Shown in pieces: positions 37,406 to 42,030 of a DNA stretch of 42,030 bases. This stretch comes from Pseudomonadota bacterium. Its GTDB lineage: Bacteria; Bdellovibrionota_C; UBA2361; OMII01. Made by a program: the position numbers and the translations under genes. Location of the stretch: contig JAYPVM010000003.1 of NCBI GenBank assembly GCA_038134595.1, positions 1-42,030 on the forward strand, read 5' to 3'. The notes under the pieces were generated by a model, which was not told the DNA's origin, did not search any database, and saw only the letters and a list, made by a program, of their open reading frames with translations. How positions within the stretch are numbered: position 1 is the stretch's first letter; each line of letters starts with the position of its first letter.

Positions 37406-37682
37406 ACGATATTGGCCTCAAATTGAGGTGCCGCCTTGTTAGGTACCTCTTTGGCTTTAGACTATCTCAGATTATATGGATATTTTCAAATAGCTATCTT
37501 AAATGAGATAAGGGGCTTATAACCAGAACGGATTCGCTAATCATGAAAACTCTTTAGTCCCGACAGAGAATGTTTTGAACCGGTGTTCTTGTATTGTGTT
37601 GGTTTCTTGTGGCAAGGAAAACAAGGATGTTAACCGTGCTTACTACCTGACATGAGGCATCGGGCAATGATAGAGTGAAAGT

Positions 37683-38174
37683 ATGAGTAATAAAAAGAAA
37701 ACAGTTCGCCGGTGTGATGACTCGATGGAAGTAGGATTGGCGCGTTATCAAAAAGAATCTCCACTTCTTCCATCATGGCTTGTTGTGCACGGAGCAAAGC
37801 TAGTGCTTGGAGCATTTTTTCTAGTTGTCGTGGTGCCGCTTCTAATTTTTCGCGATTCGATTTTCGGAGGTGGTGTTCCACCCGATAGGAATGTTGAACT
37901 TGTTGTTGTGCAGGAGCCCTCAATTGTCTGGGAACCTGGGGGAACCAATGTTCTTCGATCCGTAACAGCACACATCGGAAATCAGTCCTTCCAAGAGGCT
38001 CAAGGCGTTACGATAGTAGCCAAGATTGCAGATCGCAAATACCAGCTTGAGGGAGCTGCCGTTATTCCATCGGGAGAGTCGAGGGAATACCATAGAGAGC
38101 TCATGGTGCCGCATAATTCAAACATGCCGATTCGCATTGAGTCGCACTGCGAGAACTGTCTGCAGGCTCCATAA
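37683..38174 (+). CDS. Hypothetical single-pass membrane protein
   Basis: One hydrophobic segment, beta-rich C-terminal domain ending CENC. Confidence 0.6.
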   Translation: MSNKKKTVRRCDDSMEVGLARYQKESPLLPSWLVVHGAKLVLGAFFLVVVVPLLIFRDSIFGGGVPPDRNVELVVVQEPSIVWEPGGTNVLRSVTAHIGNQSFQEAQGVTIVAKIADRKYQLEGAAVIPSGESREYHRELMVPHNSNMPIRIESHCENCLQAP

Positions 38175-38192
38175 GGTGGTGGATGTGAAATT

Positions 38193-38708
38193 ATGGTAGG
38201 TGCAAGGTTAGCAACAATTTTGTTTGGAACAGCCGGTTCCGGAAAGAGCTTTTTAGGAGAGCTCTTTGAGTCGAGATTAGGGGTGTTTCATTATGAACTT
38301 GACCAGCATCTAACGCCTGCCATGCAGAGTGCTATTTCAAATGGAAGAGAATTTACAGATGAGATGCGTGATGAATACTTTGTTCATATCGTTCCTTATA
38401 TAAAAGATATTCTTAAGGCGCATCCACGCTGCGTATTTACCCAAGCTGTGTACAAGGAAAGGCACAGAAGGTATCTCGTTGAGCAGATACCAGAACTGGA
38501 GCCCGTATGGATTACGGCACCACCGGAGCTTATCGCTGAGAGGTTAATGGCCAGGGAGGAGGGGATATCTTCTGATTATGCTCGAAAAATTCTATCCAAC
38601 TTCGAGCCTCCGACGGCCGGAAAGACTCTTGTAAATGATAGTGAAGATACCGAGCTCTTATGCCAACGATTTATTGAATTGTTTCCGGACGCGGGTGTTT
38701 CACGATAG
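38193..38708 (+). CDS. P-loop small-molecule kinase (gluconokinase/AAA_33-like)
   Basis: GTAGSGKS, G..FTDEMR, RL.AR, FEPP. Confidence 0.75.
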   Translation: MVGARLATILFGTAGSGKSFLGELFESRLGVFHYELDQHLTPAMQSAISNGREFTDEMRDEYFVHIVPYIKDILKAHPRCVFTQAVYKERHRRYLVEQIPELEPVWITAPPELIAERLMAREEGISSDYARKILSNFEPPTAGKTLVNDSEDTELLCQRFIELFPDAGVSR

Positions 38709-38750
38709 CGCATTAGTTTTTGATTTTCTCATAGAATCACTGTTGAAGAG

Positions 38751-38779
38751 GTGACATTTAAATTTTTATCCCGTATACT
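38751..38779 (+). promoter_or_regulatory. Sigma70 promoter of tRNA-Lys(TTT)
   Basis: GTGACA-17bp-TATACT, 13 nt before the tRNA. Confidence 0.7.
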
Positions 38780-38792
38780 TCCGATGTCTTAC

Positions 38793-38865
<73 letters not shown>

Positions 38866-39070
38866 GTCCGTTCCCATCATGGGGTAACCGTATGAAATAG
38901 CTAGCTTTTCTCTTGTGCCCTATCTCGTTAGGGATGGCTTCCTATCTCGCAAGTCTCTACGGATAGAGACTAGGGGGATGAAAAACAACTCATACGGTGA
39001 GAAGCTAGATACGAGTAAAGCGGCCGGGACAAGAGAGTAGATATCAGTCTATCTCAGGATAGGTATTCTT
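38866..39070 (+). ncRNA. Candidate structured RNA (unassigned) between tRNA-Lys and riboflavin synthase
   Basis: Three crossing 8-10 bp complementarities plus three hairpins; no ORF (see findings). Confidence 0.5.
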
Positions 39071-39110
39071 TTGTGGTTCATGGCTGTGTAACTTTGAAGG
39101 ATTAGCTGAC

Positions 39111-39734
39111 ATGTTTTCGGGAATCGTGCAGGGACAGGCCCAAGTAAAGATTGTAGAGGATAAGCCCCAGTTTCGGACTATACAGGTTGATCTACCAATA
39201 ACAGCCGTTCAAGATCTCATTGTAGGAGCTAGTGTAGCCATTGATGGGGTTTGTCTGACCGCTACCGAGATTAGTGGCACAACGGTCGTTTTTGATATCA
39301 TGGGAGAGACGCTCTCTAAAACCACCCTGGGTAATCTAGGCGCCGGTTCCTTTGTAAATTTTGAGCGTTCTTTGAAAGTTACAGACGAGGTAGGGGGTCA
39401 TCAGTTGTCGGGGCACGTAGATGCGGTAGCAGAGATAGTTTCAATTAATCGTCCAGAGAACAATGTAGTTCTCACATGTCAGGCTCCGGAGCAGTGTAGA
39501 AAATACATCTTTAACAAAGGGTTTATTGCCCTCAATGGCGTCAGTCTTACGCTTAGTAGCGTCGATTCAGTTAAAGGCACTTTCGAGATATGGCTTATTC
39601 CGGAAACTTTGCGGGTAACTACCTTTGGAAAGGTATCGGTAGGCGATAAACTTAACGTTGAGATTGATCGCGCTACGCAGGCAATTGTCGAAACAGTTGA
39701 ACGTTTTTTAGAGCAAAAGAACCGAGAGCAGTAG
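39111..39734 (+). CDS. ribC: Riboflavin synthase (alpha chain; ribC in E. coli nomenclature, ribE elsewhere)
   Basis: MFSGIV N-terminus, GVCLT, VNFERSL, GGHQLSGHVD, KGFIALNGVSLT, LIPETL..T, NVEID. Confidence 0.95.
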   Translation: MFSGIVQGQAQVKIVEDKPQFRTIQVDLPITAVQDLIVGASVAIDGVCLTATEISGTTVVFDIMGETLSKTTLGNLGAGSFVNFERSLKVTDEVGGHQLSGHVDAVAEIVSINRPENNVVLTCQAPEQCRKYIFNKGFIALNGVSLTLSSVDSVKGTFEIWLIPETLRVTTFGKVSVGDKLNVEIDRATQAIVETVERFLEQKNREQ

Positions 39735-39750
39735 GATAGACTGAATTGAG

Positions 39751-40290
39751 TTAGCGTCGTGTTGGATCGAGAAGTTCCATCAGAATCGCGAATGCGGGTT
39801 CATACACTGCACCAGGATCAAAGCTCTCTCGGGGCCCACCGATGTTTAAAATTTTAATATCGTTCTCTCTAATCCAACTCCAAAAGATGTTCACATCGGG
39901 CTTGTCATCGAGGCTGATTTCCAACACCGGTTTTTGATGGGCGAGAGCCCTCTCTACTGTAAGGGGAGTGCCATCTTTGGGATTCCCTCTACTTAAAACC
40001 AAGGTGCCGTCGGAATCGATAACATTGAGCTCCGTTCGAACTGCTGGAGTCGGGCTGCCACACTCTTGTACCGGATACGTTGGATCGAGCTCTCCGTCCT
40101 CTGCCCAACGATTGTTCGGACACCAGCCTCGACAGGGAAGCATGAGGCGAAATGCGACATCCAGCGCTGCTCGATCGACCCCGGTTTGCCCTCCGTTAAC
40201 AACGGTCAGCCGCCGTTTTCCGGCCACAACAGTCATAATATTCTGTCCTATTGTAAGTTCACTCGTTTCGGCAAGGAGGTCGTTATTCAT
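39751..40290 (-). CDS. Putative molybdenum-cofactor carrier family protein (SLOG superfamily)
   Basis: GGQTGVDRAALD, GWCP....AEDG, RTELNV.DSDGTL, LNIGGPRES. Confidence 0.87.
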   Translation of the reverse strand: MNNDLLAETSELTIGQNIMTVVAGKRRLTVVNGGQTGVDRAALDVAFRLMLPCRGWCPNNRWAEDGELDPTYPVQECGSPTPAVRTELNVIDSDGTLVLSRGNPKDGTPLTVERALAHQKPVLEISLDDKPDVNIFWSWIRENDIKILNIGGPRESFDPGAVYEPAFAILMELLDPTRR

Positions 40291-40586
40291 AAAAGTCTCA
40301 ATAAAATCAATTAATCTGCCCTAACAGGATAGTGATAGGTTTGTTAGCAAGAGTCAATTTTTCTAACTCTTTGCATCATGTGATAACGGCCTATTAGCTA
40401 TTTAATTTCAGCTAGTTAAGGTTTTCGCGCCTATGTAATGTTAGTTTTTTGTTAGTGATACGACTAGGAGTTGGTTTTCGGGGCAAGGCAGGGGTAGCAT
40501 CTACCATATCAGGCGTGGATGATTAATGGCGGAGAAGCTCCATAGAGTATCGTGAGCCTCTGCCATGGATGCTATGGCGTAATTGC

Positions 40587-41678
40587 ATGACAATAGAACC
40601 TACTAACATTGCTAAAACTAGAGCCGCGGTTGATTGTAGCAATGATCGACTAGCGAACACGCTCCAAGCTGAGCGAACGGGCTATGATTATGTAGAGACA
40701 AAGCAGATTACAGATAGCCTTAAGCTTTGCACTAAAGTAGTGTGTGGAACCGAGGAGAACCTTGAGCCCCACACCTACACATCGTTACAGGTGGTGGTAA
40801 ATCTCGCCTTTGAGTTGATTAATCTTCGAGTAGAACCAATTGATATCGTATCTGAGATATTACGGTTTCCGCTGGATCAACGATTAGATACCGATGCTGA
40901 ACGGTATGCTCAGACCGTTCGAAGAAAATTTGGCATTAGCATATTAGATAATACGATAAGACGGGCAGGTGACTCGCCCGAAGGGAACTCATTTAGAAAT
41001 CTCTCACATTCTTACTCAAGGACGGGAATGTATTCACAGCACGAAATGGGCCTGCTTTCTGAAGCAGTACTCTTTTCACATCAAAAGTTCGCTGATGCCA
41101 AGTCGAGGCCTTGGGGCCCACATGAGAGGTTGCCTATGTTTCGACATGCGGCGGAGGTAGGGATCCTGCTGGCTTGTGCCGGTGAGTCTGCTGAGGTTGT
41201 TGCAGCGGGCTTGCTTCATGATTTTCTCGAGCTCTATATACCTGGAGTATCCGAAAAAGATATGGATACGATGCTCTACCTCGCATTTACCCCTCGAGTT
41301 GCTGAAATTGTGCGAAACATTACGGAGCCACCGAAAGGCTCGAGCTCGGAGAATTGGCTGGAGAGAAAGATTAAGGTGCTGAATAGTTTGAAGTCACAAG
41401 GCAGGGATGCGAGCACTGTGGCACTAGCAGCTAAGATATCCACAATGACCGAAGGTAATAAGCATCTTCATGTGACCCAGAGCCCGGATGATATTTCCAA
41501 ATGGTCTAAGGGCTCCTGGGAGCAAAATCTTGAAATGTTTAAGAGATTGCGCTCCGTTTTTGAGGAAAAGGGGTGTCCCAAGATCTTATTGGATCGGTAC
41601 GATTTAGAGCTGCATCGATGGGAGTCCTTTCGACCTAGCCTTAAGGGTCAGTTGATAGAGGGAGACGATTTGCTTTAA
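40587..41678 (+). CDS. HD-domain protein of RelA/SpoT hydrolase (SAH/Mesh1-like) type with N-terminal extension; likely degenerate
   Basis: P...H..EV..LL, AAGLLHD, VAEIV..ITE, WLERK; ED and KxxDxxxN motifs altered. Start 40569 or 40587. Confidence 0.75.
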   Translation: MTIEPTNIAKTRAAVDCSNDRLANTLQAERTGYDYVETKQITDSLKLCTKVVCGTEENLEPHTYTSLQVVVNLAFELINLRVEPIDIVSEILRFPLDQRLDTDAERYAQTVRRKFGISILDNTIRRAGDSPEGNSFRNLSHSYSRTGMYSQHEMGLLSEAVLFSHQKFADAKSRPWGPHERLPMFRHAAEVGILLACAGESAEVVAAGLLHDFLELYIPGVSEKDMDTMLYLAFTPRVAEIVRNITEPPKGSSSENWLERKIKVLNSLKSQGRDASTVALAAKISTMTEGNKHLHVTQSPDDISKWSKGSWEQNLEMFKRLRSVFEEKGCPKILLDRYDLELHRWESFRPSLKGQLIEGDDLL

Positions 41679-41791
41679 GGTAAGCCTCACGCTCTGGCAG
41701 CGATGCTTCGGTTGGACTAAGTTTAGCTTTCAGGTCCTAGATATTCATCTTCTACGGAATATCATACTAAGATATGCCCTGCCTCCTCGTT

Positions 41792-41817
41792 TTTTTCTAT
41801 CTCCTTTTTCTATCTCC
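41792..41817 (+). repeat. 13-bp tandem duplication (TTTTTCTATCTCC)x2
   Basis: Read directly. Confidence 0.8.
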
Positions 41818-41882
41818 AAAACATCCTTTTTAGTTTGAAAAATATCGATACTATTTTTCTCTTAATTTTTCTCTGCGGGGCA

Positions 41883-41899
41883 GGGTTCGAGTCCCGTCG
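41883..41899 (+). repeat. 17-bp inverted copy of tRNA-Asp T-arm region
   Basis: GGGTTCGAGTCCCGTCG is the exact reverse complement of 41970-41986. Confidence 0.9.
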
Positions 41900-41960
41900 T
41901 CGCTAGTTGAAGGGCCTCTGAGGGATAGGTTGATTTCTGAATTAATGGGGTGGAATAAAC

Positions 41961-42030
<70 letters not shown>

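Noticed and set aside
38866..39110. FMN or fluoride riboswitch, or HDV-like theta ribozyme after the tRNA
   Set aside because: No FMN core. AGGGATGGCTTCCT resembles the fluoride 5' half but lacks the 3' CTRATG partner. GTCCGT/ACGGAT could be an HDV P1, but the P1.1/P3/J4-2 arrangement does not follow.
41871..41906. FMN riboswitch suggested by GGGGCAGGGT
   Set aside because: The downstream FMN consensus (GAAATTCCCGACCG, AGTCCG, TGGATG) is absent; the text is better explained as a tRNA T-arm copy.

Overview
Bacterial chromosomal segment of moderate GC, mostly housekeeping and envelope genes. The gene mix (GspK, HDOD, STAS/RsbW-type module, orphan MreB) is compatible with a deltaproteobacteria/Bdellovibrionota-like Gram-negative, which is inference only. 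In order it contains: an SDR / FAD-oxidoreductase / DUF1365 / Cfa fatty-acid modification operon; an HDOD protein; a eukaryote-type (GT3) glycogen synthase; RsmB; RecD2 plus an HD hydrolase; tRNA-Lys(CTT); a methyltransferase with a coiled coil; a degenerate integron-integrase-like ORF; GlpQ-like, amidinotransferase and udk genes; an intact tyrosine recombinase; two convergent surface-glycan operons (one with an FrhB-family Fe-S protein); a partner-switching module; rpmB; orphan gspK; hbd; orphan mreB; tRNA-Lys(TTT); riboflavin synthase; a MoCo-carrier/SLOG protein; a RelA/SpoT-type HD protein; and a partial tRNA-Asp. No CRISPR array, rRNA, IS or prophage was seen. The most unusual signals are (1) a ~200-nt multiply pseudoknotted non-coding segment between tRNA-Lys(TTT) and riboflavin synthase, (2) an intact ORF resembling a catalytically dead integron integrase behind a perfect 16-bp palindrome, (3) an apparent (p)ppGpp pseudo-hydrolase, (4) a 17-bp inverted copy of the tRNA-Asp T-arm in its own trailer, and (5) recurrent leaderless promoter geometry. 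All family calls come from motif recognition by eye; no database searches were run.
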